Below, in pieces: positions 38,052 through 46,441 of a stretch of DNA of 64,000 nt. Under the pieces are notes generated by a model, which saw nothing but the letters and a program-made list of their open reading frames with translations, had not been told where the DNA came from and did no database searches. Position 1 is the first letter of the stretch. Each line of letters starts with the position of its first letter. This stretch comes from Candidatus Cloacimonadales bacterium (lineage in GTDB: Bacteria; Cloacimonadota; Cloacimonadia; Cloacimonadales; JAIOQZ01). The DNA is taken from positions 384,001 to 448,000 of the forward strand of contig CAXXTU010000002.1 of NCBI GenBank assembly GCA_963662655.2. Direction: 5' to 3'. The position numbers and the translations under genes were made by a program.

Positions 38052-39170
38052 ATGAAATTTTCAGTAGAGAAAAAGGATCTAACGAGCAAGATGCATCACC
38101 TGTACAATATCGTGCCCTCGAAAAATACGATGCCGATTCTGATGAACTACCTCATTGAGGCTTTCGAGGAGAGCAACACGATACGTTTTACTGCGACCGA
38201 TCTCGAGATAACGGTTGTGGTCGAGTTTGACCTCTTTGTTTCCGAAGGTGGTCGTGTGGCTGTCTCTGCTAAAAATTTCACGGATATAATCAATTCTCTT
38301 CCTGACGCGATGGTCCATTGCGAGAAGGTCGACGACACGCTGAAGATTCAGTGTGAGAAATCGAGCTTCGATCTCCTCTGTGCCGACGCCGAGCAGTATC
38401 CGCTCATCCCTCAAATCGATATGGAGAACGCGAAGGAAATCAACGCGCAAACCTTCTCCAAGATGATCGAGAACACCCACTTCGCCGTTTCGACAGAGTC
38501 CAATCGCCCCATCTTTACCGGCATCTTCTGGCAGATTACGCCGGAACACCAGCTGATGGTCTCCACCGACGGCAAGAAGATCGCCGAGTTCAAGGTCAAC
38601 CAGGAAAACGACGTTCCCGAGGTTCTCGAGAAGATCATCCCCACCAAGGGGCTGCTCTTCCTGAAGAAAGCGATAACGGACGACATCAACGTGGTGCATG
38701 TGCTCATCGAGGCGAACCGCGTGATGTTCAAGTACGGCCCGTACACCATCTTCACGCACATTCTCGAAGGGCGTTTCCCTGATTACACCAAGGCGATGCC
38801 TGCCGATAACAAAAACGAGCTCATCGTGGACAAGAAGCTTCTTCTCGACGCCGTCAAGCGTGTTTCGCTGATCGCCTCCGAGGAGACGATGAAGATCCGC
38901 ATGGAGATCGACAAGGGATCGCTGGTCATCAGCACGACCAACCGCGAGATGGGCGAGGCGGTGGAAGGTATCGCCGATTACCAGTACAACGGAGATTCCC
39001 TGAAGATCGCGTTCAACTATCGCTATCTGATCATGATTCTCAACGTCATCGAGAGCGACAAGGTGCGGGTCATGATGGGCAATTCCCAGGGTGCGGTGTT
39101 GTTCTTCAACGTCGAAACGGATTCGAATTACTCTGCGAGATTCCTTCTGATGCCATTGCGCATCGTTTAA
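38052..39170 (+). CDS. dnaN: DNA polymerase III beta sliding clamp
   Basis: ATDLEI, RPIFTGI, STDG, LEGRFPDY, IAFNYRYL, LLMPLRI. Confidence 0.95.
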   Translation: MKFSVEKKDLTSKMHHLYNIVPSKNTMPILMNYLIEAFEESNTIRFTATDLEITVVVEFDLFVSEGGRVAVSAKNFTDIINSLPDAMVHCEKVDDTLKIQCEKSSFDLLCADAEQYPLIPQIDMENAKEINAQTFSKMIENTHFAVSTESNRPIFTGIFWQITPEHQLMVSTDGKKIAEFKVNQENDVPEVLEKIIPTKGLLFLKKAITDDINVVHVLIEANRVMFKYGPYTIFTHILEGRFPDYTKAMPADNKNELIVDKKLLLDAVKRVSLIASEETMKIRMEIDKGSLVISTTNREMGEAVEGIADYQYNGDSLKIAFNYRYLIMILNVIESDKVRVMMGNSQGAVLFFNVETDSNYSARFLLMPLRIV

Positions 39171-39180
39171 TAGAACTGTT

Positions 39181-40290
39181 TTGAAAGTCCGCTCTCTGCA
39201 TTTGCAGAACTTTCGTTGCTACAACGAAGCGACGCTGGAGTTTCCTTCCCGGGGGATATTGGTCACCGGCCCGAACGGCTCGGGGAAGACCAACCTCCTC
39301 GAATCGATCCATTACCTGAGCTGCGGGAAATCGCCGATTACCAGCACAGAGAAGGAGATGATTCGCTTCGAGAGCGATTTCTTCTTCGCGCGCGCCCTAT
39401 GCGAGATCCAAAACCACGAGCACACCATCTCCATCGGCATGGAGCGATCCAACGAAAAGAAGGCGCTGGTCGACGGAGTGCAGCTCGAACGTATCAGCGA
39501 TCTCTACCGTTACCTGAAAGCAATCTATTTTTCACCCTCGGACATCAACATGGTCAGCGGCCCGGGCGGCGACCGCAGGCTGGTGTTCAATCAAGCCATT
39601 TCGCAGTACTCATTCGGGTACCTCGAGAACTACCGCGTTTTCCAGAGAGTCCTGAAGCAGCGCAACGCCCTTCTCAAGACCAGCTTCGATCCGCAGGAAA
39701 AAGAGAGCTGGGACCGGCAATTCGCTCGGGCAGCATCGGACCTGGTGCAGATGCGACTGGACTACCTGAAAGAGTTCATGCCTCGCTATGTCAGCGCGTA
39801 TCGCTCGATTTCGGGCAACGCGGAGACTCCGTCCATGGTCTACCACCCCAAGTTCGAGATCGATTCCACCATGAGCGTCCATGACGCTTACCTGCAACGC
39901 ATGCAAGCGATACAGGAGAAAGAAATCGAATACGGTCATACGATGGTGGGGCCGCATCGCGACGACTTCGTGTTTTATCTCGACGGGCATCCCGCACGAG
40001 CCTACGCATCGCAAGGGCAGCGCCGCAGCATCTCCATCGCGGTGAGGCTCGCCCAAGCCGAACTGATCCGTGAGGCGACGGGCGAGACGCCGGTGATGAT
40101 GTTCGACGACGTGCTTGCCGAGCTGGACGAGCGCAGGGCGCGTCATCTCATCGAGATGCTCAACCCCGAGCACCAGATATTCATCGCGACACCCAATCCG
40201 GGGGACTACCGCCACTTCGCGTTCACGCAGCTCGACGTCACGTCGCTGCATCGCGCGGTGGAAGCTCCAGTGGAGGATCGAGATGTCTGA
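39181..40290 (+). CDS. recF: DNA replication/repair protein RecF
   Basis: NFRCY, GPNGSGKTNLLESI, QRNALLK, GPHRDD, ASQGQRR, DDVLAELD. Confidence 0.95.
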   Translation: MKVRSLHLQNFRCYNEATLEFPSRGILVTGPNGSGKTNLLESIHYLSCGKSPITSTEKEMIRFESDFFFARALCEIQNHEHTISIGMERSNEKKALVDGVQLERISDLYRYLKAIYFSPSDINMVSGPGGDRRLVFNQAISQYSFGYLENYRVFQRVLKQRNALLKTSFDPQEKESWDRQFARAASDLVQMRLDYLKEFMPRYVSAYRSISGNAETPSMVYHPKFEIDSTMSVHDAYLQRMQAIQEKEIEYGHTMVGPHRDDFVFYLDGHPARAYASQGQRRSISIAVRLAQAELIREATGETPVMMFDDVLAELDERRARHLIEMLNPEHQIFIATPNPGDYRHFAFTQLDVTSLHRAVEAPVEDRDV

Positions 40291-41554
40291 GCAGAGACGT
40301 TTTCTCGGAATACCGTTCTCCAAATCCGTGCTGGGGTGGATCACATACGATTTCGCCAATTCGGCCTTTGTCACGGTCATCGTGACCGTCGTCTACTCCG
40401 TCTATTTCAAGAAACAGGTCGTTGGGAGCGAAGAGCTCGGAACTGCGTTGTGGGGGAGAGCCGTCAGCATTTCCATGCTGATGGTGGCTTTGATTGCCCC
40501 GTTCCTCGGTGCGATTGCCGACTACTCGTGCTTCAAGAAGCGGTTCATGGCCATTTTCTGCTACATCAGCGTGCTATTCACCGGTATGCTCTACTTCGTG
40601 CAGGCTGGGAATGTCGTCTCCGGCGTGATATTCTTCGTTTTGGCCAACTTCGGCTTCAACGCGTCCAACGTCTTCTACAACGCCTTCCTGCCCGAGATCG
40701 CGGAGAAGAAGGATGTCGGGAAGGTCTCCGGCCTGGGCTGGGGATTCGGCTATGTGGGAGGTCTGATCGCGCTGGCGTTGAGTCTTCCGCTGGTTAAAAT
40801 CAACGTCCGACTTGTTTTCCCCATGATCGCGCTGTTTTACGGCCTGTTCGCCATCATCACTTTCATGTTCGTGACGGAGCGCAAGAGAACCACCTGCTCC
40901 GGGAACTACCTGAAGATCGGTGTGGATCGGATATCCAGCACGCTCAGAAACATCCGCAAGTTCGGCGATCTCACCCGCTATCTGGTCGCATACCTCATCT
41001 ACAACGACGCCATCGTCGTCGTGATCGCCTTTGCTGCGATTTACGGCTCAACACGCTTCAACATGACCGCGCAGCAGCTCATCGTTTACTTCATCATCGC
41101 GCAGGTCACGTCCGTAATCGGTTCCGTTACCTTCGGCTATATTATCGGTCGTCTCAAGCCGCGCCGCACCATTACGATAACGCTGGCGATATGGATTGCC
41201 GTAGTGCTGTGGGCTTATTTCTGCCGATCCGTCAACGAGTATTACATGGTCGGCGTACTGGCGGGAATCGCCATTGGCTCGAGCCAGTCAAGCAGCCGAA
41301 CCATGCTTGCGCTTCTTACGCCCAGGGACAAGATGGCGGAATTCTTCGGATTCTACTCGCTCACGGGGCGTCTGGCCTCGATCCTCGGGCCGCTTGTTTA
41401 CGGCGAGATTGCCCGTATCACGGGTGACCAGCGGAACGCGATCCTTTCCGTGCTGGCGTTCTTCATCGTGGGCGGAATCCTGCTGCAGTTTGTGAACGAG
41501 AATCGCGGAATCGACCTGGCCGATTCCTGGCGCGAAGAACCTGAAGAAGGTTGA
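40283..41554 (+). CDS. MFS transporter, UMF1/Atg22-like family
   Basis: WITYDFANSAF, LGAIADY, FYNAFLPEI, SGLGWGFGYVGG, AEFFGFY; GGAGG SD before ATG 40283. Confidence 0.88.
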   Translation: MSEQRRFLGIPFSKSVLGWITYDFANSAFVTVIVTVVYSVYFKKQVVGSEELGTALWGRAVSISMLMVALIAPFLGAIADYSCFKKRFMAIFCYISVLFTGMLYFVQAGNVVSGVIFFVLANFGFNASNVFYNAFLPEIAEKKDVGKVSGLGWGFGYVGGLIALALSLPLVKINVRLVFPMIALFYGLFAIITFMFVTERKRTTCSGNYLKIGVDRISSTLRNIRKFGDLTRYLVAYLIYNDAIVVVIAFAAIYGSTRFNMTAQQLIVYFIIAQVTSVIGSVTFGYIIGRLKPRRTITITLAIWIAVVLWAYFCRSVNEYYMVGVLAGIAIGSSQSSSRTMLALLTPRDKMAEFFGFYSLTGRLASILGPLVYGEIARITGDQRNAILSVLAFFIVGGILLQFVNENRGIDLADSWREEPEEG

Positions 41555-41578
41555 GGATCGCGGCCCAAAGTTTCTATC

Positions 41579-41606
41579 TTGACATGCCCTGTGAGTTCAT
41601 TAAAAT
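41579..41606 (+). promoter_or_regulatory. Putative sigma70 promoter
   Basis: TTGACA-16 bp-TAAAAT upstream of the FG-GAP gene. Confidence 0.5.
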
Positions 41607-41644
41607 CCTGTACAATAGGAGAACAGTTTACAGGGAGGGCCACC

Positions 41645-43228
41645 ATGAAATACCTATACATAGCCATTTTGCTCACCATGTGCGCACTGCTATCCGCCGA
41701 TAACCAGCTCGATGTGGTGTGGCAAATGCAAGGCGAGCAATTAGGAGACCACTATGGTAAATGGGTTACCGCCCTTGATTTTAATGGCGACGGTATTGAC
41801 GACCTTGCTGTTTCTGCGAGTAAATTTCATCCAGACGCAAATTATCCTGAATACAAAGGGAAACTTTACATCTATTTTGGCTCGGATGAAGGTTTACCGG
41901 ATACTCCAAGCTTAGCAGCTACAGTTGAAGCCGATACAACCATGGACCTCCTTTCCTCATTGTATGCTATCGTTAACCTCGGCGACATGAATAATGATGG
42001 CTGTGAGGATATTGGTTATAAAAATGGAAGTAGATGGCACGACCAATCAGGATCTCATACTTCAGTTAACCCCCATATTCTTTTGGGTGGAGGGGCAATA
42101 AATATAGATGAAGCTGTAAGTTATGAAGGTGGGTCAAATACTGACATCTCTCCACTCGGCGACATCAACGAAGACGGCTACGATGACGCGGGGATAACGG
42201 AAGAGATTTGGGATCATCTCACCTATTCCATCGTATATGGTGGTAGCTTCGAGAAGGTGACCTTCGTAGACGGAATTTATACCCGCAATCAAAAAGGATT
42301 CCGTGGCCTGGGCGACGTAAACGGTGATGGATTTGATGACTTCTGCTACATTTTCGAAGACGATCCATATAACGGCCAATTACACTATCACAATTACTTT
42401 TTCTTTGGTAACGCCATCCAGGACACCATCCCTGACTATCGTTTTAATCTGGATACTACCTTGAACATGCTGTTTGAACTGAATCCAGCAGGCGACTGGA
42501 ATGGTGATGGTTACGATGATTTTGTGCTTTCAGGCTATGATGTTGATGAGAATAATGATGCGCTGGGCTGCAGATTTTGGCGCGGAGGCGAAGCCATTCA
42601 CTGGGATTGGTACGGTTACATGAGACATTTCGCCTATTTTAACCCTTCCTTTGGCGATCTGAATGGTGATGGAAAAGGCGACTTGGTCGACCCCTATATC
42701 CTGCCAACGGGCCAGGGCGGATATCTCTACATATATATTGGCGACCAAAACGGAACATGGGATTATAATAGATATACCGGTGAAGATGGTTATGGAATGA
42801 ATATGTCCCATGCAGTGGGCGACTTCAACAACGACGGCTACGACGATATCGCCATTGGTGCGTATGGACAGATTACGACCGATGATTGGGGCTATGTGTT
42901 TGTTTACGGTGGGCACCCAGACCTCGAGGAAGTGGATATCGATCCGGTAGACGATGAAACCGTACCTCCGGCGGATATCACGTTCAATGCCTACCCGAAT
43001 CCGTTCAATCCGGAGATTTCGTTTGAGATCAAGAGTGATAAACAGTATAAAGATTTGAGGATAGAAATATACAATGTAAAAGGACAGAAAATAGATACGA
43101 TCGCGGTCGATCATGCCGGTGAAACCGTGACCTGGAAACCAAAAGACAAAGCCAGCGGGGTTTATACCTGCAAGCTAGCGGCACAAGGAAAGGAGCTGGG
43201 CGTCAAAAAGATTACATTGTTGAAGTAA
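41645..43228 (+). CDS. Secreted FG-GAP repeat protein with T9SS-A/FlgD-like C-terminal domain (paralog of 20413-22095)
   Basis: Signal peptide; GDxNGDGxDD repeats; AYPNPFNP...YNVKGQ...SGVY...KITLLK. Confidence 0.85.
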   Translation: MKYLYIAILLTMCALLSADNQLDVVWQMQGEQLGDHYGKWVTALDFNGDGIDDLAVSASKFHPDANYPEYKGKLYIYFGSDEGLPDTPSLAATVEADTTMDLLSSLYAIVNLGDMNNDGCEDIGYKNGSRWHDQSGSHTSVNPHILLGGGAINIDEAVSYEGGSNTDISPLGDINEDGYDDAGITEEIWDHLTYSIVYGGSFEKVTFVDGIYTRNQKGFRGLGDVNGDGFDDFCYIFEDDPYNGQLHYHNYFFFGNAIQDTIPDYRFNLDTTLNMLFELNPAGDWNGDGYDDFVLSGYDVDENNDALGCRFWRGGEAIHWDWYGYMRHFAYFNPSFGDLNGDGKGDLVDPYILPTGQGGYLYIYIGDQNGTWDYNRYTGEDGYGMNMSHAVGDFNNDGYDDIAIGAYGQITTDDWGYVFVYGGHPDLEEVDIDPVDDETVPPADITFNAYPNPFNPEISFEIKSDKQYKDLRIEIYNVKGQKIDTIAVDHAGETVTWKPKDKASGVYTCKLAAQGKELGVKKITLLK

Positions 43229-43242
43229 TCCCAACAATCCTG

Positions 43243-44481
43243 TCACTTCTCCTCATCGATATCATTGAACACGATCATCGGCGCACCTTCGCTGTAGTTC
43301 TCGAAACGGATGTCGTTGAATTCCCTGAATTTCTCCAGTATCTTCTGGATGCGCGAGAGGGAGTGATTGATCTTCTCGATGTACTTTTTCTGCGCTTCTG
43401 TTATTGAATCGTTCTCGACCGACATGATGAGCATATCAAGGTTTCCGCGCAGGATCATGAGCGGCTGGTTCAGTTCGTGATTGGCAGTCACCGCCATCGC
43501 GAGCGCGGTGTTTCGCTTTTCGAGCTGGACAATCTCCATGTCCTTCTTCAGAACTTCGATCTCGCGCTTCTGTTTATCGCTTTCGAGCAGGTTTTTCAAG
43601 TCCGAGATGCGGGTCGCGCTGCGGATGTTGTATAAATCTTCCGAGACCTCAATGTATTTGACCTGGATTTTATAGGCTTCCTCGAAGTCCCTGTTATGAG
43701 CGGCGATTTTTGCTTTCACGCGGTAGGCGTCTACGAGGCCCTGTTTGTTGTTCAAATCAATCAGGAGCTCGATCGCCTGATCGCAGTACTTCGTGGCATC
43801 AACGGTTTCCCCCGAACCGAGTAGGCTTTCCGCGAGGATCGTCAGCGATTTGGCTTCACCGATTCTGTCGTTGCATCTTCTCCGCAGCACGAGGGACTTG
43901 TTGAAAAAGTCTATGGCTTGCGCGTAGAAACCGCTTTTCTGGTAAATGATGCCGATGTTGTGGGTTACAAGCCCCATCCCCATAGTGTCGTTCATATCCT
44001 CAAGGATGTCCAGCGCTTTCTGATGGTACTCGATCGCCTCTTCGTACTTCTCGACGCGCGAGTAGATGTTGCCCATCTTCGTCAGGCTGCTGGCGATCCC
44101 CTTCATGTCCCCGGTCTGTTCTCGTATTTCGAGTGACCTGCGATAGTATGTCAGCGCGTCTTCGTAGTTGCGTATCGCAGCGTACACCACGCCGATGTTG
44201 GACAGGTTGTTGGCGGTGCAGCTCATTAGCTCGTGCGGTTCGGAAATCTCGAGGCTCTTCAGGAAGTGTTTGATTGCTTTCTCATATTCGTCGGTAGCGT
44301 AGAATCCGATGCCCTTCCACTGATAGGAAAGGGCGAGTAGAACTTCGTCGCCGAGTTCGATGGACAGTTTCAGCGCTTTATGGGCGTATTCAAGCGTTTC
44401 TTTGGGCGACTTGCGACTGTTCTCTTTGGCGAGTCGCAAGAAGGTGCGAATCATTTCGCGCGTGGTTTCCTGATTATCCAT
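43243..44481 (-). CDS. TPR-repeat protein with C-terminal HisKA/DHp domain and no ATPase domain
   Basis: TPRs (LSNIGVVY, LTKMGNIY, THNIGIIY); H-box TANHELNQPL; ends about 75 aa later. Confidence 0.82.
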   Translation of the reverse strand: MDNQETTREMIRTFLRLAKENSRKSPKETLEYAHKALKLSIELGDEVLLALSYQWKGIGFYATDEYEKAIKHFLKSLEISEPHELMSCTANNLSNIGVVYAAIRNYEDALTYYRRSLEIREQTGDMKGIASSLTKMGNIYSRVEKYEEAIEYHQKALDILEDMNDTMGMGLVTHNIGIIYQKSGFYAQAIDFFNKSLVLRRRCNDRIGEAKSLTILAESLLGSGETVDATKYCDQAIELLIDLNNKQGLVDAYRVKAKIAAHNRDFEEAYKIQVKYIEVSEDLYNIRSATRISDLKNLLESDKQKREIEVLKKDMEIVQLEKRNTALAMAVTANHELNQPLMILRGNLDMLIMSVENDSITEAQKKYIEKINHSLSRIQKILEKFREFNDIRFENYSEGAPMIVFNDIDEEK

Positions 44482-44625
44482 AGGCCTGCTTTCCCGATTT
44501 AATAAAGCTTAGAATGCACTTGTTCTGCGTTATCCGTCAATCTTTTTATGTTCGGTCGGCCCGGCAGGCAATCAAAAAGCTTGACGCGTGGTCTGCGATC
44601 AATATGGGTATTTTGAGGTATAATA

Positions 44626-46152
44626 ATGAGAATGAAAATACATATCTTGCTTTTAATCATATCGTTAGTCGCTTCAGTCGTAGCTGAAGCGCTGGAATCC
44701 TCTTCCTGGAACGATGCCGGCGTGGTGTCACAAACCTACACGGAATTTTTGGATTGTCCCGATGCCTGGAAGCAATTGAATACATGCGACTCACTGCGGA
44801 TTCGAGATGGATTCCACAGCTCTGTGCAGTCGTGGGGAAGCTTTTGGGAGGCGTTTGTCCGGTTCCTGAGCAGGCGTGACGACACGACGTTCTTGTCGTA
44901 TCATCCTGAAAAGGATTCCTCGAAATCCACGCTTCCGGTCGGCGACCTTCGTTTTTCTCTGCTCTCTGGCGGTGAGTACCACATAGGGGAAGAGAATGCC
45001 TACAGTATGTTCTGGTACGGGGCGAGCCTGAATTTCAACCTCGGGCCGCGACTGTTCTTCGATTCCGATTGGTGGTTTCTGCGCTATCAGGGCGATCTTG
45101 AGTATGCGGATTCTACTTCGTCGCTAATAAAGGGATTCCGTAAGAACGAAGACGGGAGAATCTACCTCGATAACGTCACCGGTCACATCGATTATTACAG
45201 CGATTACGGAGTTCTTTCGCTGGGGCGCGACACTTATCAAATCGGCGATAACATCTCCGGCAGCGTGATCCTCAGCGATTTCGGGAGCGAGTTTGGGTAT
45301 TTGAGCTGGTACAAGGATTTCGGGCCGGTTTCGCTCAGCTTCCTGCACGGAAGCCTGTTGCCGGATAGCACGAACAACCATGTCTCCTACACTTCAGAGG
45401 ATCGTTACATTGCGCTTCACAAGCTCGATTGGCAGCTGACGGACGACATCAACTGGTTTATGGGCGAGGAGGTCTTGTACGGCAATCGCGCGCCGGATAT
45501 CAGCTACATGATACCGCAGTCGTTTTACCGCATCGGCGAGCACAACGACGGAGATCGCGACAATGTTCTGATCTTCACGGGATTGTCCGCATACACCAGG
45601 AGCGTACTGGGATTCTACATGAACTTCATGCTCGATGAGCTCAGGAAGGATGAGATTTTCGGGGACTGGTGGGGGAACAAATACGCTTTCCAGAGCGGAT
45701 TGGTTAGCAACTTCCACCTCTTTGATAAAGAGGATATGACTCGTGCAGTATTCGAATTTATCGCCGTGCGTCCTTGGATGTACACGCACAAGAAGACGGT
45801 TAACGCCTTTTCGCACGATGGGTCGGCACTCGGATATCCCGAAGGCAGCAACCTGATTTCCTACGCTGTTGAACTGAACGTACCGATTTATGAACGGCTG
45901 CGGCTTGACACCAATGTCCAGTTCATCCGGCAGGGAAGTCTGGGGAACGACTGGGCGATCAACTACAACGACCGCCCCAAGGACACGGCGCGTTGGCTTG
46001 AAGGGGAGCTCTCCGAACGGTGGCGTGCAAAATCGGTCATTACGTGGAAACCGCTGGCGCACCATGCCGTCAAGGCAGGCTTCATTCTGGAAATCGAAAA
46101 CGAAGACACAATCATCAACGAGTACTTCGTGGGGTACCAGGCGTTATACTAG
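44626..46152 (+). CDS. Outer-membrane protein, capsule assembly Wzi-like
   Basis: Signal peptide; SLGRD...GSVILSD, ALHKLDW, GEEVLYG, DRDNVL, PWMYTH, LGYPEGSN; aromatic C-terminus. Confidence 0.6.
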   Translation: MRMKIHILLLIISLVASVVAEALESSSWNDAGVVSQTYTEFLDCPDAWKQLNTCDSLRIRDGFHSSVQSWGSFWEAFVRFLSRRDDTTFLSYHPEKDSSKSTLPVGDLRFSLLSGGEYHIGEENAYSMFWYGASLNFNLGPRLFFDSDWWFLRYQGDLEYADSTSSLIKGFRKNEDGRIYLDNVTGHIDYYSDYGVLSLGRDTYQIGDNISGSVILSDFGSEFGYLSWYKDFGPVSLSFLHGSLLPDSTNNHVSYTSEDRYIALHKLDWQLTDDINWFMGEEVLYGNRAPDISYMIPQSFYRIGEHNDGDRDNVLIFTGLSAYTRSVLGFYMNFMLDELRKDEIFGDWWGNKYAFQSGLVSNFHLFDKEDMTRAVFEFIAVRPWMYTHKKTVNAFSHDGSALGYPEGSNLISYAVELNVPIYERLRLDTNVQFIRQGSLGNDWAINYNDRPKDTARWLEGELSERWRAKSVITWKPLAHHAVKAGFILEIENEDTIINEYFVGYQALY

Positions 46153-46199
46153 TCCCGCTAGTGAACGGGGCAGACATCTCGGGTGGGCTTGACCGGCTT

Positions 46200-46368
46200 C
46201 GCGCGCGGGGCGGCGTGTTTGCGAAGCAAACGATACGCTTTCAATGCTGTCCGAACCGACAGCATTGAAAGCGTATCAGGAAACCCTGAAAGAATCTCAG
46301 CAAGATTTCAGGATGTAATCATGAAATCTTGCTGAGATGAACGGGTTTCCTACGCCGCCCCGGGCGCG
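46200..46368. repeat. Four-way-junction palindromic element (copy B)
   Basis: 16/17 terminal IR enclosing three contiguous stems: 6 bp, 20 bp perfect, and 9+17 bp. Confidence 0.85.
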
Positions 46369-46441
46369 GGAATAGTGCAGAATCCCCTGTTTATAGCAGG
46401 GACAAAGGAAATTAGCATAATCGACATAAGGGAGTAACAAA

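Noticed and set aside
46200..46368. Retron msr-msd or DGR interpretation of the four-way elements
   Set aside because: No reverse transcriptase gene and no template/variable repeat pair seen in the window
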